Source of the DNA: Chrysomallon squamiferum
Lineage: Eukaryota > Animalia > Mollusca
Direction: 5' to 3'
Assembly: GCA_012295275.1 (NCBI GenBank)
Contig: CM022668.1
Coordinates: 2,790,001-2,854,000, forward strand
DNA length: 64,000 nt
Shown: piece after piece, positions 24,740 through 64,000 of the stretch
How the letters are laid out: each line of letters starts with the position of its first letter
Position numbering within the stretch: the stretch's first letter is position 1
Program-made: the position numbers and the translations under genes
The notes under the pieces: generated by a model
Told to the model about the DNA's origin: nothing
What the model saw: only the letters and a program-made list of their open reading frames with translations
Databases searched by the model: none

Positions 24740-24880
24740 CCCTCAACGTGGCTATTTGTCTACCAGCGGAAGTCTTCAGTGCAACGTTCTCATTTTCGAT
24801 TGGTTGATTGGAAACTATTTTTAGCAGTATTCCACGTGTTTGTCCACATGTCGCTCAAGGCAAAACAAACAGCCACGTTT
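24740..24880 (-). promoter_or_regulatory. FKBP proximal promoter with CCAAT boxes and CCACGT (XBP1/ATF6-type) cores
   Basis: CpG-enriched patch just 5' of the ATG. CCAAT on the - strand at 24799-24803 and 24807-24811; ACGTGGC 24746-24752; CCACGTG 24832-24838; GCCACGT 24872-24878; ETS-like GCGGAAGT 24766-24773. Confidence 0.55.
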
Positions 24881-26070
24881 TAAGTTCTTAATTTGGGGCA
24901 CACCAGGTGGTTCGTTTGTGAAACGAAACGTTTTATCTCTTTCGATTTCAAAAAGTTATTTATCTAATGGTTATTCATGCAGCTTTGAGGCATTACAACT
25001 AATAAAAGTATTATTACATTTAATAAAAACCTGTTAAAACAAATGTCACAATAACATGGCATAATCAGCAGGTGATATGTAGACAGCCATATGGTAGTTC
25101 CATCAAACTTTAAATTCTCTCTCTCTCTCTCTCTCTATATATATCTTTCCATCACATTTCTTTATTTCAGTTTTACAGCTAAGTAAAGTATGCTAGTAAT
25201 TAAGGTGGTGGCCTAATCAAAGAGAAAAGTGAAAATAGTTTGTGGGTGTGATTTAAAACGTATGGTGTCATAATTTTATCAAATTTTTCTGGGGACATAA
25301 TAAAACGAATATAATTAATTTAAAGTAGAGATCATGTATGTATGTGTATCGTGTGTGTGCATGTGTGTTACATGAATGTGTGTATGTTTATATACATATA
25401 TAATCAGACATTGAAAAATTACAAATCAATGATACTAATAAAATTATAATTCAGTTAAGGAAAGGCTTCATTTACATGAGGCAAGATCCTGTTTTGCAAG
25501 TTTTAATAAGAGATTAGTGTTTGTGTTAAACTGAATATCACAGAATCCTGCTCTGACAGCAAAGCTTTTACAAGTAGATTTATTTTTTTAATTTACATCC
25601 AGCCTTCATAGATTTATTTTAGAAAATGATTAATTAGTGATGTAGATAAAATACAATTAAAGAGTACTTTTGAATCATATCATATAATAAACACATTGCA
25701 CATAATCCCATGTATCAGTGTTTATTAATAATAAAGTCTGTTAGAACTTACACATACAGAAATTGACACACACAGAGAAAGAGCTGCTACCACAAGTTAT
25801 GAAGGAAGGAATGATAGAAGGAAAGAAGGAAGAAAAAATAATTTTTTATTTTAATAATGCACTCAGTATGTATTTAATTTATTTATAGTTTTATGGTTAA
25901 AAACATCTCAATCAATGTTAGAGAAAATTAGCATAAGGTATAGTATTCAATAGGATCATGGGCAGGTAACATAGGCTTTAAAAATCAGACATTAAAAGTA
26001 TAGTACAATCATAACATAGGATAGTACATAAAACAAAACCTTTTGTCAGGTTAAAAAAAAAAATGAAAAA

Positions 26071-26228
<158 letters not shown>

Positions 26229-27476
26229 ACACATAGGTATGTGGTCATCATCTTAACCAGACTTTGACTTGATCATTTTGTTAACAGAAGAGACTTGTAC
26301 ATCAGTTTTCCTTAGATAGGAAATTGCAGATTACTGCCTTTCATAAAATTAATGAGTAACTGGTTTGAAAATAGCTAAATATATGTTATATACACATGCT
26401 TCCTTCAAGTTATAAGTAGATTTTTATTACCTGAAGGGAAAAAAAAAAAAAAAAAAAAAGAAAGTAAAATCATTTTGTAAATATTTTAAAAAACACTGAA
26501 TTGTAAAATAATGTGTTACTGCAAGCTGTTGTACATTTGAATGCAGCCTATCACCCTGTGTCAATGTACTTGTTTATTAATCACCAGAACAACAGATAAT
26601 ATTCTCTGTCAAATGTTAGCAAAATGTCGAAACATGTTGTGCAATACAAATACTGTAGCAGATGGTGTTTTATATTCAAGACTCATCCAGTTTTACTGAA
26701 GCCTTTTCTGATACTTATTTGATATGTTGAAATAGCAAAATAAATATTTTCCAATATGATTAAATTATTTTGATGCTCATACTTATATCTTGGTCCATAT
26801 TAACCCCCTTAGTTGGAAAAAAAAAAAAAATAGTGAAATTTTTTTATTTCATTTTTAATTATTTATGGGGTTAGCAGTTCACTATCTCTCACTGAAAAAA
26901 ACTTTGATCTGCCCCATATTTAAATATGAACATGAAATTGATAACTACAGATATAATTTCTTTCTAGTTTGTGAAATTTTAATTAATTATTTTGGTGTTA
27001 GGGTGTCCTTAGAGTATTAAACAGCCTTTAAAAATATTTAATGACACAGAAATTAACTGAAATGTCTAAACTGTCTACTTCAGATAAATACTAATCATAA
27101 ATGCCCTAGGCAAGTTTTTTTTATTTTTTAAAATCATTTGATAAGTGTTGAATATTTTAATGTGTTGTAAATTTCATTTAATGATTTTGATAAGAATCTG
27201 TGTGTAGATGGAAGATTATGAGCATACTTTTGATAGGTTTTACAATTTAGTAACTTGATTTCTTGTTATTATTGTCTGATTTTGTTATTTTTGTCTCTTT
27301 GTTGTTGTTATTTTCTTTATCATTGTTTTTGTTATTATTTGTTATTATTTTTTGTTACTGATATTGTTTCATGTTATTATTTCTCTTTGTTGTTAGTTAT
27401 TGTTGTTGTTTTTGTGTTATTGTCTGTTGCCATTATTACCATTTTTTTTTATGTTTATTATTTTTATTATTATTTA

Positions 27477-27554
<78 letters not shown>

Positions 27555-27691
27555 GCTTCTTATAGTGCTGTTCAAGGTACACAACATATTTCCCATGATG
27601 CCGTTCAGTCCACCATAGATGGGACAAGCACGCAGTAACACGAGAGCAGAATGAATTAAAATGTAAATTCTTACAAGTAATGTTAATAGTG

Positions 27692-28045
27692 ATGGCTAAA
27701 GCTTCTAAAGACAATACTATTTATAGGGAAAGACTTGAAACAGATGTACGAGTAAGATATGAAACAAAATCAGAATTAATTGATGGGACTGATCCATATG
27801 AGCTGAAAGGATTGTAATAAAACGTAGACATTTTGCCAGGCAATAACGTTCGTTCACGTTGTTAATTATTTAGTTTTTTTGCCAAGTCTTTGTACTGCTG
27901 ATGATCTGAAGTCATACAGAGGATTGGATGTATACAACCAGTTTGTGTCTGGGTGGGTTAGAGAGACAGCTGCCACAGAATTTCAAGACAAAATTTTAGT
28001 CATTTCTTACAGCCATTGTCACGATTGTAATTGTACATCATCCCG

Positions 28046-28091
<46 letters not shown>

Positions 28092-29340
28092 TTTTATATA
28101 TTTTTTTAAATTCTATATATATATATATATATATGTCCACACACACTCACACACACACACACACACACTGAGGTCTAGACAAAATTATCACATTTACATT
28201 AAAATGTTGTTACCAGTAAAATTTTCACAAATCAAGGACTAAGCCAGGAATTAAAAAGAGGACTGTAATGTTACCCAGTGAACTCACCACTACAGCTAAC
28301 TAAACTTCTATCATTAGACTGAAAGTGTTACTGCAGTTTTATTAAATCCTTGTTGGTATGTTTCAGGTACTTCATTCCCAAAGGTTACAAGTAAAGTTAC
28401 TGAGACATGGATTACTGCAAGCAGAGGATGATGTGGTGAAGCAGCTCACTGCAACTGTATGGTTGGACTTGGATGAGCTGTTCGCATAGTGCTGCTCTGC
28501 TGAGAGACCATTGTGAGAATCCAAGATTCCAAAACAGTTCCAAAACATCCTGCTTACTGGATGCTTCCTGCAGCCATTAAGAGTGTGTTTCTATGGAAAT
28601 GAGAGATAAAGACTTCAGATCAGCTAAAGATTTGAACAGGAAATTAGATGACAGAATTTCTGATGTGCATGTGATTATGTATCAAACACTAGAACCATCT
28701 CCACTGAATGGAATGTCTTGTTGACACCACCATCTCAATGTCAGCTGGATACTTTTTCAGAAACTTACATTTGACAGGTACAAAGCCAGGTTTGTTAGCT
28801 ACCACTGAACCACACTCAGATTCTTATGTTCCTAAATCTGTCACAGCAGACTTTCCTACAACTCTTACTGACTTGAGAGACGACAATTAGATTGCTTTGG
28901 ACTCTGCTGATTTACTAAATAAATGTAATAAAATCAAGTTAGAAGTGAATGCTGATCAAGTAACTGAAAGTGGAGTTGGCTACCCAGGCCCAGTCACAAT
29001 CAAAAACATGGTTCAGATTTCTAGCAGGTAGGATTACAGCATCAGAAACCAAGGAGGTTTGTAATACAGATCCATCTAATCCTTCACAGAGTCTAATAAC
29101 TGGAATCTGTTATCCAGAGGCAACAAAGTTTTCAAATGCAGCTACTTGTTGGGGACATGATCAGGAAAAAGAAGCTGAAGCTGGTTTTGGGAGAAAAAAT
29201 GGGACCTTTCCATGACAATCTGACAATTAAAGAGTGAATTTATCATCAGTGTTGAAATCCCTCATCTAGAAGATTCACCAGATGGGATTGTTTCTTGTGA
29301 CTATTGCAGGAAAGTTTGTTTAGAAATTAAATGCCCCTTT
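27692..29340 (+). pseudogene. decayed SWIM zinc finger + YqaJ-like (PD-(D/E)xK) nuclease gene, the accessory-ORF type of ISL2EU / PIF-Harbinger-related DNA transposons
   Basis: Fragments in order: MAKASKDN...DGTDPYEL; LKSYRGLDVYNQFVSGWVRE; tttcag|VLHSQR (28367); AAHCNCMVGLG*..CSHSAAL (28441-28500); TQAQSQSKTWFRFLAGRITAS...ICYP...AATCWG; SPDGIVSCDYC..CLEIKCP (to 29337). Multiple stops and frameshifts. Confidence 0.78.
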
Positions 29341-29825
29341 TTCCAAGAAAAGATGAAGTATTAGACAAGTCCCTAGATACTAACATTAGTAGTAGTTTAG
29401 ATAGTAGGGTTTAATTATAATTTTTGTTATCTGTTACGTGTTGTATGCTATTGAAATAAAATCAAACTTTTTTAATTATTCCTCACCACTGTAAATTACT
29501 ATTATTATTTTTATCAAAATGTGCATTTCATTATTTAAATAATCTGTACCTTAAATGCAGTGACAGTGAGTCACCTGGTGAGTGATCAGCCTCCCCCCCC
29601 ACCTCAGTGTGGCTAACATGGAATTACTCATACTTGAAAATGTGCTATCCTGGGGGGGTGTTTCACCTTAGGTACAGGACACAAAAGATCTGTGACAAAT
29701 TTAGTTTGAAAATATCTAAATTACATTTCAAATATAGAATGATCTGGGGTGAAAGACACTAGAACAACAACAACAACAACAAAAAAAATAATAATAATAT
29801 TAAACAAAATATAAAATAAAAATGA

Positions 29826-29867
<42 letters not shown>

Positions 29868-30158
29868 TTAATAGTGCTAATTAATAATTAAATAAATAAA
29901 TAAAAATGATAAAATTAAAAATAAAATATTTCAAATGAAACCAAAAGATAAAATTCTTATATAAAGTGAAGAAATAACATTCGAACATACAGTATATATA
30001 AACAAACAACAGAAACACATATTTGTTATAGTAGAACATTTTTATTAAAACAACTTTGATACACCTGAGAACTAAAAAAAAAGAATGTATGATAATGTGC
30101 ACTATTCGCTTTAATCATTGCAGAAAAGAAAAAAAAAAAAAAAAAAATCTAACTTCAA

Positions 30159-30314
30159 GGGAGATAATTCTAAATACAATAAAATAAAAATTTGCGATAT
30201 GTATGTTCTACAAAACTGATTTTGACAGCATCTACACTGCAAAACCTACTCCTATATTTTTGTTAATAAATACTTTTCCTGAGCAATTTTTACAAACTAA
30301 AAGAATTATCTCCC
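30159..30314. mobile_element. short element bounded by 13-bp inverted repeats GGGAGATAATTCT / AGAATTATCTCCC
   Basis: Arms at 30159-30171 and 30302-30314; same motif family as the arms of the hairpin at 55836-56068. Confidence 0.45.
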
Positions 30315-30481
30315 CTGTACGTGATTTTCTGTAAAGAGGTAAAATAAGTAATTGGTTCTCAGCCCTCTGCTGAATTCTAAACAAATTTTAAATTCAGAAA
30401 AAAAAAAAAATAAAAAATAAAAAAATTAAATTTAAAAATTAAAAATTAAAATAACAAAAATATTTAACAAAATAAATAAAA

Positions 30482-30560
<79 letters not shown>

Positions 30561-31316
30561 TGAAATATTTGAACCAAAATTGATAATCCTTTTATAGATA
30601 ATAATTATTTTAAAAAATATAAATATCAGAAGAAAAGGAAAAAAAAAAAATCTTAATACATTCTTAACTTTAACAATTTCAAAAGTAGAGAAAAAAAAAA
30701 AAATGGACCATTGAGAAAGGCACACATTTGCTCAACCAACAGTCACATAGTCCATAAACATTTGGTGGGTTTACAACTCATCTATGTACATACTCCAACC
30801 CAGAATCTGTCATTGATAGTTGATTGTGAGAAAAAGAAAAAAAAAAAAAAAAAAAAAAAATCTGATATGAAATAATATAACTTGGATTATCTCAAATGAT
30901 AAACTAAGCTGGATTATCCAGTATGATAATCTGCCCTGGATTATCTGATATGATAAAATTATTAACATTATCTGATAATTTGATAACTGAATCCCCAGAT
31001 TATCTGATAGAATAATCTGATATGGATTACCCGATATGACAAAAATTATTAACTTTATCTGTAACAAGAATCTGTGAACTGGTAATCTAATCCAGATTTC
31101 CTGAAATATGTTAATCTTTAATCCAGGTTATGTTTGTAAGCAAAGCACCTTTAATACAAGCAATACACATAATAGTAACAAAGACATTTTAAATTATTGC
31201 ATAGATATGTTCATCAGTAAATATTTGTTTCTATATATAGATTAACATTATGCATGCAACAACATTTTACAACAGAAGTATTTACATATAGTTACAATAA
31301 CAACACAGACATTTGT

Positions 31317-31347
<31 letters not shown>

Positions 31348-32533
31348 GTATTTGTTCAATCATTTCTTATTTGTTTTTTTATTTCTTAATTTCTGATCAT
31401 TAATATTTATATATTTATTTATTTATTTATTTATTTAATTATTTGTATTTGTTTACTTATTTACAGTATAATCTTTATTTTCCAGTGTATGCTCACAAAA
31501 AAAACAACTTTACATTTAATTTTTGAACGTAATTTTTTTAAAACATAAATTTCTATTTTATATTATTCACTGGTGTATTTTCTGTTTATAAATTCAAACT
31601 ACCTAAGAGTGAAGATTTAAAAATAAAAAAATAAAACATAAAATAGTTTCAACAATTATGCTTTTATTATCAACACTTTTGACAGAGAAGTAAGATATAT
31701 GTATATAGGTATGTATGTATGTGTGTACTTAAAAATATATAATTTTAGTCTTTATGGCCTTGCTAGATTGAGTAACATTTTTTAGAATTAGTTCTGTATT
31801 TACAGGTATTGACAAAGAAACAAAATTTCAAGGGCAAACTGTCAGTGAACTCAACATGCAAATGTTAATTTTCACTGAATTCAACATACTAAACGTTAAT
31901 TACTGATCTGAACATACAGACGGTTAATCTTCAATGACATCAGCACAGAAAGGATTAATTGTCAGTGAAGCTGAAATAAAAAACTAAAAATATCACTCAG
32001 ACTACAAAATACACACAATGAAACAAGGGAAGTAACTGGCCTACAAAACATTTTAAATTGAGCAAAATATTAATTTTTTTCTCAGCTACCTGATGTTTTT
32101 ATTTAATATGATAAAAAAAAACAAAAAAAAAACTTCTCTTTTTTTCCTTTTTTTTTTATATTTACATCAATTTGATGAAAACCAGCTGTCAATTTGAATT
32201 ATTTAATAATTTTTTTTTTTTTAATTTAAAATATTTCTTTTCAAATGTTTTCTTTAAATTGTTTTATATTACTTTATTTGTTTGTTTATTTATTTATTTA
32301 TTTAATTTATCACTTTTATTATTTTCTTCCTTTGTAAAACCCCCTTTTCTCGATAAACAAACAAACAAAAAGAAACCCTTAAATAAAAACACCATTAAAA
32401 TTATATAATCTATTATTAATACACATAAAATACAGTATTATGAACAAGACATTCAAATATCACAATATTTTAGGAAATGATGAAATGGTTAAAAATTAAT
32501 TAAAAATTCATGTCCATATTAGGTGGGATCAAA

Positions 32534-32564
<31 letters not shown>

Positions 32565-34135
32565 TGTAATAAAAAAAATTATAATCAAATGAAAAATTAT
32601 GAGGTTAAAAATGTCTTATAAATCTAATAATTAAATAAAAAAAAAAAAAAAAAATAAAAAATCCTAATGTGTGGCAGTGTTACTAACTACATGATATAAT
32701 ATATTAATTTTTTTACAAATACATACATCACTAAAAATTGTGCTTATTCACAAAACAACACATGAATGAATTTTTTTTTTTTTCCCCAACCATGCTGCAT
32801 AGGTGTTTTTTGTCTTCTCCATCTCCTGTTTTCCCAATCCGACATATGTCCTTGCCTTATTAATGATTAAATTATGACAGTGAGTTGTATTATGTTGCTT
32901 TCAAATGTTTGTTTATGTCAGTAAATATAATTATTATTATGTTGTTTTATTTTTTTTCTTCAGAATATAAGATTGATTTTATATCAGGATTACAGAAATT
33001 GTTAAAAACAGAGAGATAGAAAACATATTAAATTTTATCATACCAGTCTATATTTATTTACTATGTTATAACACTATTATTAATCATTTTATATATATAT
33101 TTTTTTTAAATCAGATATGTTTTCCTTTTGCAACTAGACTGAGAAAAAAAATCAAGAATTAAACTTTAAATCACAACATTTAAACGTCCAAAAATAAATT
33201 TTTCGACAATTTTAAAATCACTGCAGAAAACATGAAACTGCCCACAAATTAAGCTTAATTCATCAGTTTTGAAATCAAAATTTTAAAATTCAAAATCTTT
33301 AATTTTGAAATCGGCTAACTGTAAACAAGCTTGATGATAATTACATAAATACACTTAAAAGAAATGTTTAGACTTTAACATTGTGGAAAAATATTGTATC
33401 TGCAAGTGTATCTGAAATGAAGTATTTATAAATACAGTGTGTTAGTTTTACAATGTTAAATGATATCACAATAGTAATCATCATGTTTAATACACTTTTA
33501 TATTACATGGATAAAAAGAAAGTGGTTTATAACACACATGTAATAAAATTCTATAACAAAATATCAGTAATAAATTTCATAATAAAAGTTTCATAATAAT
33601 AACAACAGTATTTTATAATAGAAGTAGTATTAAAATAATAATAATGACAATAATAACATTATTTAAAATTAAAAAAAATAAAAAATTTATCATTTAAAAA
33701 AAGAAATGTAATAATAATAAAATAAATAAATAAATAAATAAATAAAATGGAAAACAGTTGCATCTATCAAAACCCCCAATGTATAATAATTACAAAAAAA
33801 AGAGTAAAATATAAAATTTATAAAAGCAAAAAGAACAATACACAAAAACCCAGTGTTGTCACATTACCAACATGTAACACATACAGTGATATTAGCTGTG
33901 AAATATTCAAAATATATGAGCTACATATTAAAAATTTAAAATATTTTGATTCAGTAACAATAAACATGCCCTCCAAAAGCAGAATTTCACTGCTGCATAA
34001 TATTAATTGTGACCATGAAATATCAATGATATAAAGTTTTAAATATTACAGTTCAATGATTCAACAATATCCTTTTTTTTTTAACATTTTTTTTTTTTTT
34101 TATTACTGAAGCTGAATATTAAGCTGAAAATTGAA

Positions 34136-34168
<33 letters not shown>

Positions 34169-35826
34169 TAATAATAATAATAATAAAAGTTAGCGAGATG
34201 TTACATCTTTTTTCATAGAAATTTATTTAGTGACTTAGGCAGACATTTGTTAGATTAATTCAGAGTTAAAGTAAACTGGTATTTATTTGTTGTTTAAAAT
34301 AGACTGGTACTTTACTCAAATACACTGTTTCTTCTACATGCGCTAACTTCATCATGATATTATAAACATCACACATTCTTTTCTAAGGCAATTTTCTGAT
34401 TTTATCACGCAAAAATACACCAGTAAGAAAATAATAATAATAATAACAATGAAATATTTTTTAAATCTTTATCTTCATCTTTTAAAATTAATGACTGCCA
34501 GTTTAAATTTTTAATATTTTACAACAATTATCAGTCTAGATTTATTACAACTCTTAAATATAAAAACTGCTCAACAGGTGAAAATACAGGTGTTCCATTC
34601 AGTAACTGTAACTCTTGGCAATTCTCAGTGATATAATGTGTATAAAAAAATATCCAAAAATATTTCTCTTTGTATCATTGTCAAATCTGCCACCTGATCT
34701 TAAATAATTACTGAATTTGTCAAAAATTTTAATAATTTTAAAATTTTAATTTTAATAAAAATATATTTATTTGAACAAGCATCAAACTACTATTTCTTAC
34801 ACACTGATTTTTAAAAATATTTCACAAACAGAAAATTTATAACAGTCTTTTTAAATTAATAAAAATTAAAAAAAAATGTATCTTTTATCATGCTTAAATT
34901 TTTGCAAAATTTATTTAGAGAATATTATTCAAGCATTTTTATATTTATCATTACAAAATTAATTTTTTTAGGAATTCTACTTCAGTATCAAAGAATATTT
35001 TCTTTATGGCTTTTTATTCAGTTTTCTGTGATATACAAAAGATTAAAATTTTCTTTGATCAGTAGAATATCTCTGTTTTTGTCTTCATATTAATCAATTC
35101 TTTCTCTAGTGCCCAAGCTGATGAATTTCAACAACTTATAACTGTCTTATATAACATGTAAAAAAAAAATGTTAGTAGATGTTTAGAAAATCTTGGCTTG
35201 TTAAAGTGCTTTGAAAGAACAAAACAACAAAAATCAATTCTAAAAGTTTTGTAAGTGTTCATAATTTGTCTGTCTGGTAACATCACAATTCCTAACTCCT
35301 ATATACAGAAATCGTTCAGAAATGAAAAATAAAAAATAAAAAATTGAAAATAAAAAAATCACAATTTCTTATTAATCAAATGATCCAGAAGTGAATATTG
35401 ATGGTTTCACTGATTATGTTTTTTTGTCTTTTTTAAAAATTTCAGAAATAATATTTCACAGCTGGTGATTCACTATAACGAAGAAGAAATTGCTGCAGAA
35501 AGAACATCCACCCTTTTCTCACAACAAGTTTTAATTTTAATTAATTCATGTGAGTGTGAATACTGCAATCTCCATTTTCTTCATAAATCCAGTGAACAGA
35601 AAATGAACAAGTCTTCACTTTCTGCTGATCTCTGCTGATAAACTGAGCGCCAAGTGAGGACAAACAAACACAACAAGCTGATATCACAATTTCAGCTCAC
35701 TCTGAATAAAAACTGTGCAGAAACGAAATGCAAAAATCTCCGTTTGAATAGTAAGAATTTGATCCAGCAGAGAAATTTGCCACATTGACGTCGCTACAGT
35801 CTGGTGTCACAACACAACATCGACTA

Positions 35827-60838
<25,012 letters not shown>

Positions 60839-61245
60839 CTGAAATATAGAATATTGTTGTTGTTATTATTATTATTATTGTTATGATTATTAATGATATA
60901 GTGACTATAATTAATGACAGTATAATCCTTTAATCTGAAACAAAACTGATATTTACGTAAGTAACAAAATTATTATAATACCAAAATATTAAAATATTGG
61001 TAATGTATGATTTATCAAAGGGAGAGTACTCTAAATGTAATTCTAAATGTACAAAGATGAATACAAAGATAGACAGAGAGAGGGAAAAAGCAATTGATAC
61101 TGCTGAATTGATGAGCTCATTAAAATACTTACAAATGAATTATAAAGAAATCAAAAACAAAACAAAAAAAAATAAATAAATGTGCAATTATTAATGTAAA
61201 ATATGATCAAATAAAATAAATGATTGAACAATAGACATGCCCAAG

Positions 61246-61331
<86 letters not shown>

Positions 61332-61841
61332 GACACTTGACATTTATAAGCTAAATGCAAAACCAAAGATAACTGACAGTTAATACAGTATTGCAAAGTG
61401 TATAAATAATAAATGAAATCTGCTTTGTGATGTTAAATAAATTGTGTCTGCAAATTTCTATCATCAGTGTCGCATTTACATCCACTCATTTACATTGTTG
61501 AAGATCTTCCATCTTTAAAATTCATGCAATTACTAAATCAAAGACAAGAATACGACAATCTGCAGTCACAGAACATCTGAATATTAATCTTGGAGAAAGT
61601 GTCTCCTGTTATCATGCAATACAGCTGAGGTTCAATGACATGTGGGTTGATATACAGAATACTGCATGCTGCACATTCACCTATTTATGTGTTTGTCTGT
61701 TCAAGTTTGGAAGCTACTGCAAGTAAGAAAGGAACTGGGGGGAAAAAAAGAAAAGCTTTGATCAAGACAAAAATGGTTTCTGTATTCTTTTCTTTTATTC
61801 TTTTCTGAACTGGATAGTTTACAAGCAGAAGATATTTTTGT

Positions 61842-61882
<41 letters not shown>

Positions 61883-62649
61883 ATATGTGTATGTATGTAT
61901 GTATGTATGTATGTATGTATGAATGTATGTTTATATGTATGTATGTATGTATGAATGTACGTATGTATGAATGTATGTATGTATGAATGTATGTATGAAT
62001 GTATGTATGTGTGTATGTATGTATGTGTATGTATGTATGTATGTATGTGTGAATGTATGTATGTGTGTATGTAGGTGTGCATGTAGGTGTGCATGTAGGT
62101 GTGCATGTCTTTGTTTATGTATTTGAATATATGTGTCTCCTGGTTCACTCTTGTTTACTAGCAACATAATATGTTTTACATGTACCTGTCTGTAAACAGG
62201 AAAGAACAAATCATTGTCACCCACTCCTTGAAACCTGGGATTGGTCTCATACCAGTGTTTATTTATTTACAATTCTTTCATAGTAAACATAACAATAACA
62301 ATAACAATAGTATTATTAATAATAGTAATAGTAATAATAATAATAGTAGTAGTAGTACTAGTAGTAGTAGTGGTGGTAGCAGCAATAATTAAAATTAAAA
62401 AAACCTTAACATCTAAGTAAGATAATTTCCTGTCATTCTGTAACTTGCAATAAAAATCTTTTATGAATGTTGTAAACATTTATATTTGAATACTGTAGTA
62501 AAAAGATTTATATTTATTTTTTAAAGTCAATATTTTTCAATAAAAAATTATTATTAAGCTAAGTACACACCAGAAAATGAACTTTAATTAACAATTTTTA
62601 TTTATTATAAAACTAAGTTTATCTGTTACCCTAACTAGATATATAATTA

Positions 62650-63110
62650 CTTTGACCCAAGCAGGGCCTCACTGTTATTAAGCAATCAGAAACAAGCATT
62701 CAGATTCAAAATGGACCAATCATTTAAATTTATTTTGATATTAATGGTAATTGGTCATTCATTTATATTATTTAATAAAGATATTAAAGATGAAATCTGC
62801 AACAGACATTTAAGTGTCTAGCCAAACCGATTATTTGATAACCCAAACAAGGCCTCAAAATGACCTTAAGAAAAAAACATCTCTAATTACATCATCACCT
62901 AAAATGGGCCTCGCAGTGATCAAACCATAATTTTTTTTAGGAGAAACCTATAAAAATACAAATTAACACGAAATGTTTCTACCACCCAAACAGGGCCTCA
63001 TAACTAAACCATCGAAACCTATAAAAGAAAACCAATTGAGACTAATTATTCCATCACCCACGCAGGGCCTCGTGATGATTGAGCCATCAAAGAGTGAGAA
63101 GAACCTATAG
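62650..63110. repeat. degenerate dispersed/tandem repeat with ACCCAAACAGGGCCTC core
   Basis: GGCCTC core near 62664, 62851, 62906, 62993 and 63065, often followed by AACCAT...AAACCTATA. Confidence 0.55.
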
Positions 63111-64000
63111 GTTTTTCATTACACACCTTCCCCCTCCAACATAAACGCCTGTCAATAAATTAGCCAGGTATACAGTCTATGATGTCGAGGGGATGGGGGA
63201 GGAAACAAAAAAAGAACACCTCATAAACTGGCCATACCACTTGTTAATAAACAGTTCAATTCTTAAAGGGGCACCCGCGCTATGATAGCGATCGCTACAT
63301 CACTGGAATGTTGGCACGGGGTAAGACTTTACGTTAAAGTAATTAACTTACGTTTTTTGTTGTTTTTTTCGTTTTTTAAGTGGGGAAATCTTTGTGGAAA
63401 TAGTTGATACATAACACGTGGCTAATATTCATACCTGCATGATGCAGGCAGTTAAAGTAATTTGCTGTATTGCACTGCCAGCGCTTAATTAATTAGGTTA
63501 TTGTATTACCAGGGAGAAGTAATTATGGCAAATTGCACATGACATGGTATAAGGTGGTAATTCTTTGGTTTAAAGTTATTGAGCTATTTTGTCTTTTTTT
63601 TTTTTTAAATATATTTAAAAGATGATGAAGAAAAATGAAGATGATGATGATGATGATGATGATGATGACAGTAATGATGATGTTAGATAATAATAGTAAG
63701 AAAAAAAGAAAGAAAGTTTCTTTTACACCTTTAATTCCAGTTACTGCAACAACAAAAATATAAAAAATATAAAAATAAAATAAAAAATAAAAAATAAAAA
63801 ATTGATAAAATAAAGTTTATAAAAGAAAAACAAAACAAAACAAAATCAAAAGTAAAAAAAATAATAAACATTTTTAGTTTTTTTCTCTTTTTTTTTTAAT
63901 TTTATTTCTTTTTATAGGACTCAAATGTATTTACTCTTTGTACAGAAGTTCAAAGGAAACAGATATAAATCTTCTTTGATTGCAATATTTTTGTGTTTTC

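Noticed and set aside
60841-64000. EGFR first (signal peptide) exon
   Set aside because: No convincing ATG-hydrophobic segment ending in a phase-1 donor was found on the - strand; it probably lies beyond the window.

Overview
AT-rich, microsatellite-laden animal genomic DNA, probably a mollusc or other lophotrochozoan (inferred from gene style only). It holds three spliced genes and one transposon relic. (1) The 3' end of a + strand gene built from phase-1 exons, each encoding a six-Cys PLAC-like module (83-2936). (2) A complete - strand FKBP14/FKBP7-type ER peptidyl-prolyl isomerase gene (ATG at 24678) with three shared exons. These are followed by SIX tandem, homologous, intact, phase-0 terminal exons (19543-19722, 17693-17857, 13943-14098, 11319-11483, 10355-10516, 7563-7730). 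Each encodes a different second EF-hand and its own ER-retrieval tail (HDEF, HDEL, HDEL, RDEL, RGEL, HDEL). This candidate mutually exclusive last-exon array is the main find. (3) A decayed SWIM + YqaJ nuclease gene of ISL2EU/Harbinger-related transposon type (about 27.7-29.3 kb). (4) An invertebrate EGFR gene on the - strand with 26 exons in the window (35827-60838) and no N-terminal exon found. It has an apparent 1-nt frameshift in the last exon and a candidate 42-nt cassette exon after the kinase. A second pattern is that at least five intronic tandem repeats start exactly at a splice donor and copy the exon end plus GT. All coordinates were read by hand, and no database or RNA evidence was available.
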